Shown here one piece after another: positions 56,718 through 64,000 of a stretch of 64,000 nt of DNA (position 1 is the first letter of the stretch; each line of letters opens with the position of its first letter). The notes beneath the pieces are model-generated. The model saw nothing but the letters and a program-made list of their open reading frames with translations. It ran no database searches and was not told where the DNA came from. Location of the stretch: the NCBI GenBank assembly GCA_937907455.1, contig CALESQ010000079.1, positions 1 through 64,000 on the forward strand, given 5' to 3'. Both the position numbers and the translations under genes were made by a program. The stretch is from an uncultured Caldilineales bacterium. GTDB taxonomy: Bacteria; Chloroflexota; Anaerolineae; JAAEKA01.

Positions 56718-57000
56718 CCATCAGGCATCACCGGCAGGCATCACCGGCAGGCATCACCGGCTCGGTCTGGAGACCGGCCGGAGCACGTTTCTGGCCGTGG
56801 CCGGTCCCTGCGGGATGGTTCCCAATCTCCAGACCGAGCCTTTCGCTGTGGCCGGTCTCCCAACCGAGCCTTTCGCTGTGGCCGGTCCCTGCGGGATGGT
56901 TCCCAATCTCCAGACCGAGCCACTGGGTAAGCCTTTCGCTGTGGCCGGTCCCTGCGGGATGGTTCCCAATCTCCAGACCGTGCCACCGGGTAAGCCTCTC
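56718..57000. repeat. Repeat block: (AGGCATCACCGGC)x3, then about 3.5 tandem copies of a 50-63-nt unit GTGGCCGGTCCCTGCGGGATGGTTCCCAATCTCCAGACCGAGCC..., with an inverted partial copy at 56760-56780.
   Basis: Units at 56797-56847, 56848-56877 (truncated), 56878-56940 and 56941-57000. One further copy lies at 57763-57810 downstream of the next gene. Confidence 0.85.
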
Positions 57001-57699
57001 ATGTTCTTCAAGCTCAGCTACCTGCTGCAACATTACCGCTTCTGGGGCATATCGCTACAACGCTGGCTGATGATCGGTCTGGCTCTGCTGGCCGTACTGA
57101 TGGCACTGCGCATCTTGCCCGGCGGTACAGCCGCGACTCTGCTTTGCCTGCTGCTCATCCCTGTGAGCATCATAGCCAATGCCGCAGCACGGCGCAGCCA
57201 GTATGTGCAGTTTCGCAGCGATTCGGCCGCGCCGCCGCGCCCAGCTAAACTCAACCCGACACAACGGCTGACGATACACGCCACCGGTTTGTTTGAGGTA
57301 CAAGACAAGCAGCGTCGCTACAGCGAAGTGTCTGCCCACTATCAAACCTTTGCCACCCGCGAACATGTGCTCACCGTCGCCGCGGTGGAGGAGACACACT
57401 GGCACGGCCTGCTGCGCGGGTCAGATGATGCACGCGGTCTGTGGTATCTGTTCTTCAAACCCGGCGAGCTGCACAGCGTGGAAGCGGGCATACTGCGCAA
57501 CGGTTTCAAGCAAAGGCCCGCGTTGCGACTGGAAATCGGGCAAGTGCTGCACCGGCAATCGCCTTCGGATGCCTGGGGAATTCCACCGAGCCGCGACGCC
57601 AAGGCCGAGCGCCGCCAACTTGTTTATCTTTCGTTTGCCACCCCCGAAGATCGTGATAAGGTTTGGGGAGATTTGCTGGCCGACCGCATTCAGGCATAA
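57001..57699 (+). CDS. Hypothetical membrane protein (two TM helices plus a soluble domain). The start was placed after the repeat block.
   Basis: The ORF is open from 56710 but its first 97 codons translate the nucleotide tandem repeat. The internal ATG at 57001 precedes the TM helices WLMIGLALLAVLMAL and LLCLLLIPVSIIA. Confidence 0.45.
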   Translation: MFFKLSYLLQHYRFWGISLQRWLMIGLALLAVLMALRILPGGTAATLLCLLLIPVSIIANAAARRSQYVQFRSDSAAPPRPAKLNPTQRLTIHATGLFEVQDKQRRYSEVSAHYQTFATREHVLTVAAVEETHWHGLLRGSDDARGLWYLFFKPGELHSVEAGILRNGFKQRPALRLEIGQVLHRQSPSDAWGIPPSRDAKAERRQLVYLSFATPEDRDKVWGDLLADRIQA

Positions 57700-57743
57700 A
57701 AAAAGAAGGAGCAAGAACGATCATTCTTGCTCCTTCTTTTTTA
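57698..57743. terminator. Bidirectional rho-independent terminator.
   Basis: A7, then GAAGGAGCAAGAAcgatcattCTTGCTCCTTC, then T6: a perfect 12-bp stem. Confidence 0.85.
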
Positions 57744-57762
57744 AACGGCTAACCTAAAAACT

Positions 57763-57810
57763 GCGATGGCTGGTTCCTGCGGGATGCTTCCCGATCTCCG
57801 ACCGAGCCAA
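57763..57810. repeat. Isolated copy of the GGTTCCTGCGGGATG(G/C)TTCCC(A/G)ATCTCC(A/G)GACCGAGCC element.
   Basis: gctggttcctgcgggatgcttcccgatctccgaccgagcc. Confidence 0.75.
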
Positions 57811-57819
57811 AGTGCGGAC

Positions 57820-59316
57820 TTAATCCTTGGCCGTCTCTTGCTTTTTTTCAGCCTTGCGGGATGCATCGCGAATGCCGGGCAGTTCCTGAAGTGCGGCAAT
57901 TAAATCCACACCGGTGAGCGCCTCTACTGTAGCCGGCACCTGCGCTACGATGTTGGTAATATCGCCGGTGATCTTGGATGCGCCCGCGCCGGACTGCCCA
58001 TCGCTGCCATTGCTGATCACCACAATGCGCTCGGTGCGCGCCAGCGGCTGAGCAATAGCCGTTGCCACCTGCGGCAGCGCCTCGATCAACTGCTGAATAA
58101 TGGCAGCCTGGTTGTACTGCTTCCACGCTTCAGCCTTTTTCTCCATCGCCTGCGCCTCAGAGAAGCCGGTAGCCTGAATGACGTCGGCCTCAGCCAAACC
58201 GCGTGCCTTGACGATTTCGGCATCGGCCAGACCGCGGGCACGGGTTGAAGCAGCCTCGCCCTCGCCGATGGACTGAGTAGCCGCAGATTGGCCCTGCGCT
58301 TCGGCCAGTCGCTTGAACTTTTCGGCATCGGCCAGCATTTCAATGCGATAGCGCTCGGCTTCAGCGGGCTTGCGCACGGTAGCCTCCAGCTCGCGCTCCT
58401 TGCGCAGCGCCTCTTGCTGCTGCACTTCGATCTGCTTTTGCTTGGCGACTACTTCGATCTGGATTTCCTGCTCTTTTACGGCCTGGCTGGTCTTGGTTTC
58501 CTGCAACTTATAGGCCAGATCTGCCTCGGCGCGTTTCTGGTTAACTTCCTGATCGTAAGCAGCCTTCTGCACCGCATAGTCCTTCTGCGACTCGGCAATG
58601 CGGGTTTCAGCCACAAACTTAGCCGTCTCGCCTTCCTGCCGTGCCTGGGCGCTTTTGATGGTGGCATCGCGGGCGGCCTCGGCCTGACCAATGGCTGCGT
58701 CGCGTTTGACCTCGGCAGTACGCTTCTGGCCCAGTGCATCCAGGTAGCCCTGGTCGTCCTGAATATCGCGAATGGTGAACGAAATGATGCGCAAGCCCAT
58801 CGCGGCCATGTCACCGGATGAGACTTCCTGCACCTGTTGCGCAAAGGCATCGCGGTCGCGATAAACCTCTTCCACAGTCAGGGTTCCCAAAATGGCGCGC
58901 AGGTGGCCTTCCAGCGTTTGCAGGGCTACGTTGCGGATTTCATCTTCGGTTTTAGAAAGAAAAAGCTGCGCCGCAGTGCGGATGGCGGTTTCAGCAGGGT
59001 CAATAGACACCTGCGCCACACCGTCCACGGTGATGGGCACGCCCTGTACCGTATAGACACGGTGCGTGACCACGTCAATGGTCATTACTTCCATTGAAAG
59101 CTTGTCTACCCGCTCAAGTGCCGGCAGCACAAAAGTACCGCCGCCACGCACCACGCGAAAAGCCTGACCGTCCTTGCGTCGGCGACCACCTGAGATCACC
59201 AACACTTCGTTGGGGCCGGCTTTGCGATAGCGATTGGCAAATACAATGCCGAAAGCTACCAGCACCACCACCAGGGCTATGGGCACACACGCCAACAACA
59301 CAGTACTTTCACCCAT
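57820..59316 (-). CDS. Flotillin-like SPFH/band-7 family protein.
   Basis: N-terminal TM helix, an SPFH domain, then a long Ala/Glu/Gln-rich coiled coil (EAxxQ repeats) typical of FloT/YuaG. Start at the internal ATG MGESTV. Confidence 0.8.
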   Translation of the reverse strand: MGESTVLLACVPIALVVVLVAFGIVFANRYRKAGPNEVLVISGGRRRKDGQAFRVVRGGGTFVLPALERVDKLSMEVMTIDVVTHRVYTVQGVPITVDGVAQVSIDPAETAIRTAAQLFLSKTEDEIRNVALQTLEGHLRAILGTLTVEEVYRDRDAFAQQVQEVSSGDMAAMGLRIISFTIRDIQDDQGYLDALGQKRTAEVKRDAAIGQAEAARDATIKSAQARQEGETAKFVAETRIAESQKDYAVQKAAYDQEVNQKRAEADLAYKLQETKTSQAVKEQEIQIEVVAKQKQIEVQQQEALRKERELEATVRKPAEAERYRIEMLADAEKFKRLAEAQGQSAATQSIGEGEAASTRARGLADAEIVKARGLAEADVIQATGFSEAQAMEKKAEAWKQYNQAAIIQQLIEALPQVATAIAQPLARTERIVVISNGSDGQSGAGASKITGDITNIVAQVPATVEALTGVDLIAALQELPGIRDASRKAEKKQETAKD

Positions 59317-59342
59317 CGTGTTTTCTCCTTGCTTCCATGCAA

Positions 59343-59918
59343 TCAACCAGCAGGCGGACGCTGCCGCACCAGCAGCACCCCTGCACCAATCACCTGCTCG
59401 ATGCGCACGGTGACGCCACGGGCAATAGCCACGCCCTCAATTGAGCGTGCCGGGCGGCTCATGCGCTCACCGTGTACTTCAAAACCCACCTCGCCCAAGC
59501 CGGTGGCTGGGATAGGGGTGGAGACCACACCCTCAACCCCCACCATTTCCTGCTCGGAAATAGTAGTGCTGCCGTGCAGAGCAATCAACAGACGGCTGTA
59601 AAGCGCAGCCACCAGCAAGCTGATCACTGCCGCGGCCAGGCCGGAAATAACCAGGCTCAGCCGGTCTTCTATGCGCAGCCCCAGCGTAGCGATCAGCCCG
59701 ACGCCGCCAAACACCGCCAGAAATGTGCCGATGGTCAGCGGGCTGAAAATGGTCAGATCGTGACCACCGCTTCCATCCAGGCTGAAGTCCGCATCTACAT
59801 CGCCGCCCAGGTCATTCAACAGCAGCGAAACCAATGCCAGCAGCAAGCCTGAAATCAGCGCTGAAAAGTAGATACAATTGACGGTACTGCCGTTAGCGAG
59901 TGTCAGAAGGCCCGACAA
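59343..59918 (-). CDS. NfeD-like membrane protein (flotillin partner, OB-fold C-terminus), with a TTG start.
   Basis: Strong RBS GAAGGAGGA 6 nt before the TTG at 59918. TM helices, then a C-terminal beta-rich domain. Its stop overlaps the flotillin start (ATGA), as in yuaF-yuaG. Confidence 0.55.
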   Translation of the reverse strand: MSGLLTLANGSTVNCIYFSALISGLLLALVSLLLNDLGGDVDADFSLDGSGGHDLTIFSPLTIGTFLAVFGGVGLIATLGLRIEDRLSLVISGLAAAVISLLVAALYSRLLIALHGSTTISEQEMVGVEGVVSTPIPATGLGEVGFEVHGERMSRPARSIEGVAIARGVTVRIEQVIGAGVLLVRQRPPAG

Positions 59919-60161
59919 GGTGGCTTCCTCCTTCTCCGGCGGGGGGTTCAACCAGATATCTATAAAACGAAATGCGGTGCATTTGCCGCACCGTTGAATT
60001 ATACCTGCGAAACGGTTTGGGGTCAATCGCACTATCTGATGACGCCAGGGCTCTGAAAAACCCTGAGCGGCGGGTGCATACGCTGGCAGGCAGCACCGAT
60101 GCTGTGGTATAATCGGCGCTGCCCGCTGCACGGGCTTTTTCATCTCTGGAGGTAATTTTTC

Positions 60162-60293
60162 ATGGCAAAATCAAGTAAATCACAGGCACGACGCGATTGG
60201 AGACGCACCCTCTTTCTGGTCGTCAGTGTACTGATCGTCATTACCATGTTGCTTTCGCTGGCGCTGACCTTTGCGCCTGCGCCCGGCTCCTGA
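60162..60293 (+). CDS. 43-aa single-TM peptide, too short for the ORF track, preceded by a leader hairpin.
   Basis: RBS GGAGG 8 nt upstream of the ATG. Sequence MAKSSKSQARRDWRRTLFLVVSVLIVITMLLSLALTFAPAPGS. Confidence 0.4.
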   Translation: MAKSSKSQARRDWRRTLFLVVSVLIVITMLLSLALTFAPAPGS

Positions 60294-60318
60294 TCGCGTC
60301 CGGTTTTTTGTCGCGCCC

Positions 60319-61179
60319 ATGACTTCACCTGCCGAACAACGTCGCGGCGTTTGGCTGGCCATGCTGGCTGTGCTGTTCTTCTCCACCTCACCGGTGCTGA
60401 TCCGCCTGGCTGATCCGTTAAGCCCCTACGAGAAGACTGCGGCACGGCTGGGCATCGCCGCGCTTGGGTTGTGGCTGCTGATGGCCGGACGCGGCGAACG
60501 CTTTCGCCCGTCACGCCGAGATCTGCCCCTGTTTGGGGGTATCGGTCTGGTAGCGGCGCTGCACTTTGGGGCCTATGTCGCCTCGCTGAACTTCACCACC
60601 ATTGCCCACGCTCTGGCGATTGTCTACACCGCGCCGATCTTTGTCACCCTGTTCTCTGCCTGGTGGCTGCACGAGCCGATTCGCCCGCGGCAATGGCTTG
60701 GGGTGCTGGTGACGGTACTGGGCATTGCACTGCTGGCCGGGCTGGAACCAAACTGGACGCGACGCATGGCGCTGGGCGATGGCCTGGCTTTGGTTTCGGC
60801 CATTACTTTTGGTATTTACTCAGTAGCCGGACGCAAACATCGGGAGCGCGTGTCATTGCTCACCTACACGGTGGCGGTGTACGGCCTGGCCGCGCTCTGG
60901 ATGCTGCCCGCTGCCCTGGCGAATTTCACGCCGTCCGGTTATACCCTCAAGCCGCTGCTGGCTGTGCTGGCGCTGGGCGTTTTTCCGCTGGGCATCGGCC
61001 ACACGCTGTACAACGCAGCCCTGCGCCGCACCCATGCCACCACGGTAAACCTGATCGCCACCCAGGAAGTGACGTTGGGCATTCTGCTGGGCGCGCTGCT
61101 GCTGCATGAGCTGCCGCGCAGCAACGAACTCATCGGCGCGCTCATCACGCTGCTGGGCATTGTCCTGGTGCTGGTGTAA
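60319..61179 (+). CDS. EamA/DMT-family transporter (10 TM helices).
   Basis: Two EamA repeats. Start at the internal ATG MTSPAEQ. Confidence 0.75.
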   Translation: MTSPAEQRRGVWLAMLAVLFFSTSPVLIRLADPLSPYEKTAARLGIAALGLWLLMAGRGERFRPSRRDLPLFGGIGLVAALHFGAYVASLNFTTIAHALAIVYTAPIFVTLFSAWWLHEPIRPRQWLGVLVTVLGIALLAGLEPNWTRRMALGDGLALVSAITFGIYSVAGRKHRERVSLLTYTVAVYGLAALWMLPAALANFTPSGYTLKPLLAVLALGVFPLGIGHTLYNAALRRTHATTVNLIATQEVTLGILLGALLLHELPRSNELIGALITLLGIVLVLV

Positions 61180-61188
61180 AGAAACGTT

Positions 61189-61512
61189 ATGGCTTCGCAA
61201 ACACCCCCTAACTGCCGTTTTTACTACGAAGACTATTACCGCGGCCAACAAACCAGCGAATGCCGTTTGCCTAAAAGCCGCGCCTCGGAACGCTGGCTGC
61301 GCAGTGTGTGCGACAGTTGTCCCACCCCGACTCTGTTGCGCGAAACCAATTGCGCGCATCTGGCGCTGGAAGGCACGATTCGCCGTCGGCGTCCCTTTGG
61401 CCTGCGCATGGAGTTGTTTGCCATCTGCACCCGTCATACTGCGCAATTGAAAGAGGCTGGCTATTGCGCAGCGTGCGCCGAAGAACAAGCCGCGCTGCTC
61501 AATGCCTCATAA
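61189..61512 (+). CDS. Cys-rich hypothetical protein (CxxC...CxxC pairs).
   Basis: CRLPKS...CDSCPTP...CAHL...CTRH...YCAACAEE suggests a zinc-ribbon-like protein. Confidence 0.4.
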   Translation: MASQTPPNCRFYYEDYYRGQQTSECRLPKSRASERWLRSVCDSCPTPTLLRETNCAHLALEGTIRRRRPFGLRMELFAICTRHTAQLKEAGYCAACAEEQAALLNAS

Positions 61513-61675
61513 ACCTGAGCTAAAAAAAAAACCACAAATGCCACAAAGAGCTTTTTGTGCTATAATAACAGCAAGCGACCGAGTGTAGAACCTATCTGCG
61601 CAGTTTGCGTGCCGGCCTTAAATTTCGGGCTTGCCGCTTGATGCAGGCAAGCGCAGTTTTAACGAGGTATCCATC

Positions 61676-61933
61676 ATGTCTCCGAAAATAGATACGCGTC
61701 TGCGAAATACCTTGCGGCGCTACCGCGAAAATGACTTTGACCTGCTGTTGCGGGTGGACGAGGTTGACAAGGAAAACGAAGAAAATCTTGCCGCCCGCGG
61801 CATTGCCATCCGCCACCGCCTGATTTTAACCCCCACCTACGCAGTCACTTGTACTGGCCAGGAGGGGCTGGGGCTGCTGGATGTGCCCTGGATCTGCCGT
61901 ATTGACGAAGATCAACGCGTGTTCACCCAATAG
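61676..61933 (+). CDS. Hypothetical small protein upstream of the S8 protease.
   Basis: RBS AACGAGG. Extended -10 TGcTATAAT at 61553-61562 upstream. Confidence 0.4.
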   Translation: MSPKIDTRLRNTLRRYRENDFDLLLRVDEVDKENEENLAARGIAIRHRLILTPTYAVTCTGQEGLGLLDVPWICRIDEDQRVFTQ

Positions 61934-62030
61934 GCACACCTGCGCCAGACAGAACTAACAAGCGGAGGAATGCGGAGCAACGTACATTACTCACAGTCTG
62001 CTTTTTGTTGCCCCACGCCAGGAGGATTTC

Positions 62031-63371
62031 ATGGCTGACACCATCTCTGCCTGGGCTGCTCAAGCCGCAGGTCAGACCATCCCCGTAATCGTTCAATTTT
62101 CCAGCGCCGAAACCATGCGCGCTTTTAGCGAGTCCAGCGTGGCTGCCGCCGCCACCGTAGACCCGGGGCATCGTTTCGGGTTGATCCCTGCCCAGGCAAT
62201 GAGCATTTCGGCCCAGGACCTGGAAAAGCTGCAAGCCCTGCCCTATGTAGAAAAAGTGTGGGAAGACAAGCCGGTTTACGTTTCGCTCGATGTTTCAGCA
62301 CCGCATGTTCATGCCCCTCAGATGTGGAACCTGGGCTTTGACGGCAGCGGCGTGAAGGTAGCCGTGGTGGATACGGGCATTGACCACAGCCATCCCGATT
62401 TCAGCGACCGCATTCTGAAGACCCGCGATTTCACCGGCAGCAAGCCAGACGCAGGCGATGGTCACGGTCATGGCACCCACGTTGCCGGCATCGTCGCAGG
62501 CAGCGGCGAGGCCTCCGGTGGGCGCTACATCGGCATGGCCCCGCAGGCACAATTGCTAATTGCCAAAGCGCTGGACGACACCGGCAACGGGATGACCAGC
62601 ACGGTGATGGCCGGGGTAGATTGGGCCGTGACCGAAGGCGCCCAGATCATCAACCTGTCACTGGGTTCACTCGGCCCCAGCGATGGCACTGACCCCCTTT
62701 CGGCTATTTGCAACGCGGCAGTAGATAACGGCGTGGTGGTGTGTGTGGCAGCAGGCAATGCCGGGCCAAATGCCAGCACCATTGGGTCACCCGGCTGCGC
62801 GGTCAAGGTGATCACCGTAGGCGCAACCAACGACAGCGACGAGATGATGGCATTCTCATCGCGTGGACCAACCGGCGATGGCCGTGCTAAACCCGATATT
62901 TGCTTCCCGGGCTTTGGCATCATTGCACCCCGCGCCCACGGCACCAGCATGGGCAGCGCGATTGATACGTTCTACACCTCGGTGTCGGGAACCAGCATGG
63001 CCACCCCACACGCCAGCGGCATTGCCGCGCAACTGCTGGAGGCCTTCCCCGGCACCTCGCCTGGCGAGATCAAGCGTCGTTTCACAGCTACGGCTTTATC
63101 GCTGGGGTTAGAGGCCAACACGCAAGGCGCCGGACGCGGTGATGCACGCTTAGCCTACGAAAATGTACCCGCTCAGCCCGATCCTACTCCCACCCCCACA
63201 CCAACACCACTGCCAGCGCCTGACGCGAGTGGCTGCTCGCCGCTGCGCGCCAGCGCCACCGGTGGCAGTGCCGGCGTTTTCTGGCTGTTCCTGGCTCTGT
63301 TCGTGCTGTTGTGCCTGTGCCTGGTCTGCCTGGCTGCCGGGCTGATTACCTTTGGCCTGACCACAGTGTAA
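62031..63371 (+). CDS. Subtilisin-like serine protease (peptidase S8) with an N-terminal propeptide-like region, a Pro/Thr linker and a C-terminal Gly-Gly plus hydrophobic tail.
   Basis: Catalytic triad motifs VAVVDTGID, HGTHVAGIVAG and GTSMATPHASGIAAQL. C-terminus PTPTPTPTPLPAPDASGCSPLRASATGGSAGVFWLFLALFVLLCLCLVCLAAGLITFGLTTV. Confidence 0.85.
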   Translation: MADTISAWAAQAAGQTIPVIVQFSSAETMRAFSESSVAAAATVDPGHRFGLIPAQAMSISAQDLEKLQALPYVEKVWEDKPVYVSLDVSAPHVHAPQMWNLGFDGSGVKVAVVDTGIDHSHPDFSDRILKTRDFTGSKPDAGDGHGHGTHVAGIVAGSGEASGGRYIGMAPQAQLLIAKALDDTGNGMTSTVMAGVDWAVTEGAQIINLSLGSLGPSDGTDPLSAICNAAVDNGVVVCVAAGNAGPNASTIGSPGCAVKVITVGATNDSDEMMAFSSRGPTGDGRAKPDICFPGFGIIAPRAHGTSMGSAIDTFYTSVSGTSMATPHASGIAAQLLEAFPGTSPGEIKRRFTATALSLGLEANTQGAGRGDARLAYENVPAQPDPTPTPTPTPLPAPDASGCSPLRASATGGSAGVFWLFLALFVLLCLCLVCLAAGLITFGLTTV

Positions 63372-63372
63372 G

Positions 63373-64000
63373 CTAGCTCATCAGCTCATCGGCCGCTTCC
63401 AGCAGCGCCGTGGCACGCTCAACCGGCACGCCCCGCGCGTTAAAATAGCGTTCCAGCAGCTCGCGCGGCGTCAGCGCCTCGACCGATACAGCTCCCAGGC
63501 GCTGGCGCTCGCGGCGTTCAACCTCTTTTTTCACACCGGCCACGTAATAGGCCTGGTTTTGCAGCGCGCGCAGTAACTCGCGTTCGTGCAGCGCGCTTTC
63601 CTGCTCTTCATCCAGGTCAATCACCATACGCACCACCGCATCCTGCAGATCATGGCGGGCAATGGCAGCCAATGCCGCAGCAGTGGGATCAGCCTCGCCG
63701 CGCACATCGGCTTTGATGGTGATAAAGGGGCGGGCGGGGTGACGATAATGGCCGACATAATGCCAGTCGGTATGGCCGCGGCGCAGAGTCACGTCAACCC
63801 AGCCCTTTGGCTCATGCTCTTCGCCAAAATCAATGCGCTCGATGCTGCCGCTGTAAAGAACAGGGGGATGAGCAGTGCCGTTCAGGCTTTGATGCTTGTG
63901 GATATGGCCCAACGCCACGTAGTCCCAGGCGGGGTTAGCCAGCACACTGCGCGGCGCGGCCACGTCGCGGCCGATCATAATGTTGCGCTCACTGCCTTGA
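63373..64000 (-). CDS. SbcD/Mre11-type nuclease, C-terminal part. The 5' end of the gene lies beyond the window end.
   Basis: Metallophosphoesterase C-terminal motif YVALGHIHKHQ, then an SbcD-like C-terminal domain. The minus-strand frame remains open through position 64000. Confidence 0.55.
   Translation of the reverse strand, partial: QGSERNIMIGRDVAAPRSVLANPAWDYVALGHIHKHQSLNGTAHPPVLYSGSIERIDFGEEHEPKGWVDVTLRRGHTDWHYVGHYRHPARPFITIKADVRGEADPTAAALAAIARHDLQDAVVRMVIDLDEEQESALHERELLRALQNQAYYVAGVKKEVERRERQRLGAVSVEALTPRELLERYFNARGVPVERATALLEAADELMS

Noticed and set aside
56797-57000. Possible CRISPR array suggested by regularly spaced direct repeats.
   Set aside because: The units are contiguous or near-contiguous degenerate copies of one another, with no interleaved unique spacers and no adjacent cas genes. 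This is a tandem repeat, not CRISPR.
56710-57000. N-terminal 97 codons of ORF 56710..57699, encoding repeated AVAGPCGMVPNLQTEP peptides.
   Set aside because: The peptide repeat is a direct translation of the nucleotide tandem repeat, which also occurs non-coding downstream at 57763-57810. The start was placed at the internal ATG at 57001. Kept as a low-probability alternative.

Overview
This is a 64 kb window of high-GC (roughly 60-65%) bacterial DNA with compact, mostly co-directional gene clusters. The gene content (DUF11-repeat secreted protein, yvcK-gap-pgk synteny, many multidomain sensor kinases) suggests a Chloroflexota-like or other high-GC filamentous bacterium, but I cannot verify this without a database search. 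I called about 55 coding genes, several sigma70-like promoters, rho-independent terminators and several families of extragenic repeats. No rRNA, tRNA or CRISPR array was recognised.

Content from start to end:
- 1-4952 (-): a very large secreted protein with pre-peptidase C-terminal (PPC) domains, a proprotein-convertase P-domain and DUF11 repeats. It is truncated at the window edge.
- 5332-7122: a ThrRS-N-terminal-like domain fused to a uridine-kinase-family P-loop kinase.
- 7088-8923: DUF302, then an ECF sigma factor, a ZAS anti-sigma factor and OsmC.
- 9173-9451: an AsnC-type small regulator.
- 9546-21039 (-): a tightly coupled minus-strand operon. Transcription order is S1-domain hybrid histidine kinase, a roughly 1,625-aa multi-GAF hybrid histidine kinase, a receiver / kinase-like / TIR three-domain protein, an AAA-ATPase / winged-helix regulator, then an inositol-monophosphatase-family enzyme. 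A promoter region packed with TGTCAG/CTGACA palindromes precedes it. This operon is the most likely candidate for a previously undescribed system: a phosphorelay-controlled TIR (NADase-type) effector module.
- 21343-24221: small genes (a 2-TM peptide, a DksA/TraR zinc finger, two hypotheticals) and a polytopic membrane protein.
- 24434-39081: GT1 glycosyltransferase, rhodanese lipoprotein, YtxH/DUF948 stress-membrane pair, HerA-like ATPase plus VanW, acyl-CoA ligase, a second OsmC, maltokinase, GT2 glycosyltransferase.
- 39082-42925 (-): pgk, gap and a yvcK-like gene in conserved synteny.
- 43499-47209: penicillin-acylase-family hydrolase, SanA, LMW-PTP.
- 47210-50716: a duplicated module of [conserved roughly 60-nt intergenic element] - [membrane protein] - [small secreted protein ending ...RSRSSR], flanking an ApbE flavin transferase and an MsrQ-like ferric-reductase membrane protein.
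- 50841-56645: acyl-CoA carboxyltransferase (MCCB-like), glycogen-debranching-like enzyme, ftsH.
- 56646-57810: a dense repeat-rich region around a hypothetical membrane protein.
- 57820-64000: nfeD-flotillin operon, EamA transporter, S8 subtilase and a partial sbcD-like gene.

A family of GTAACCCG(G)AATTGAGC-type extragenic repeats is scattered through 40.2-49.5 kb. All calls are from reading the translations and sequence; no database searches were possible.
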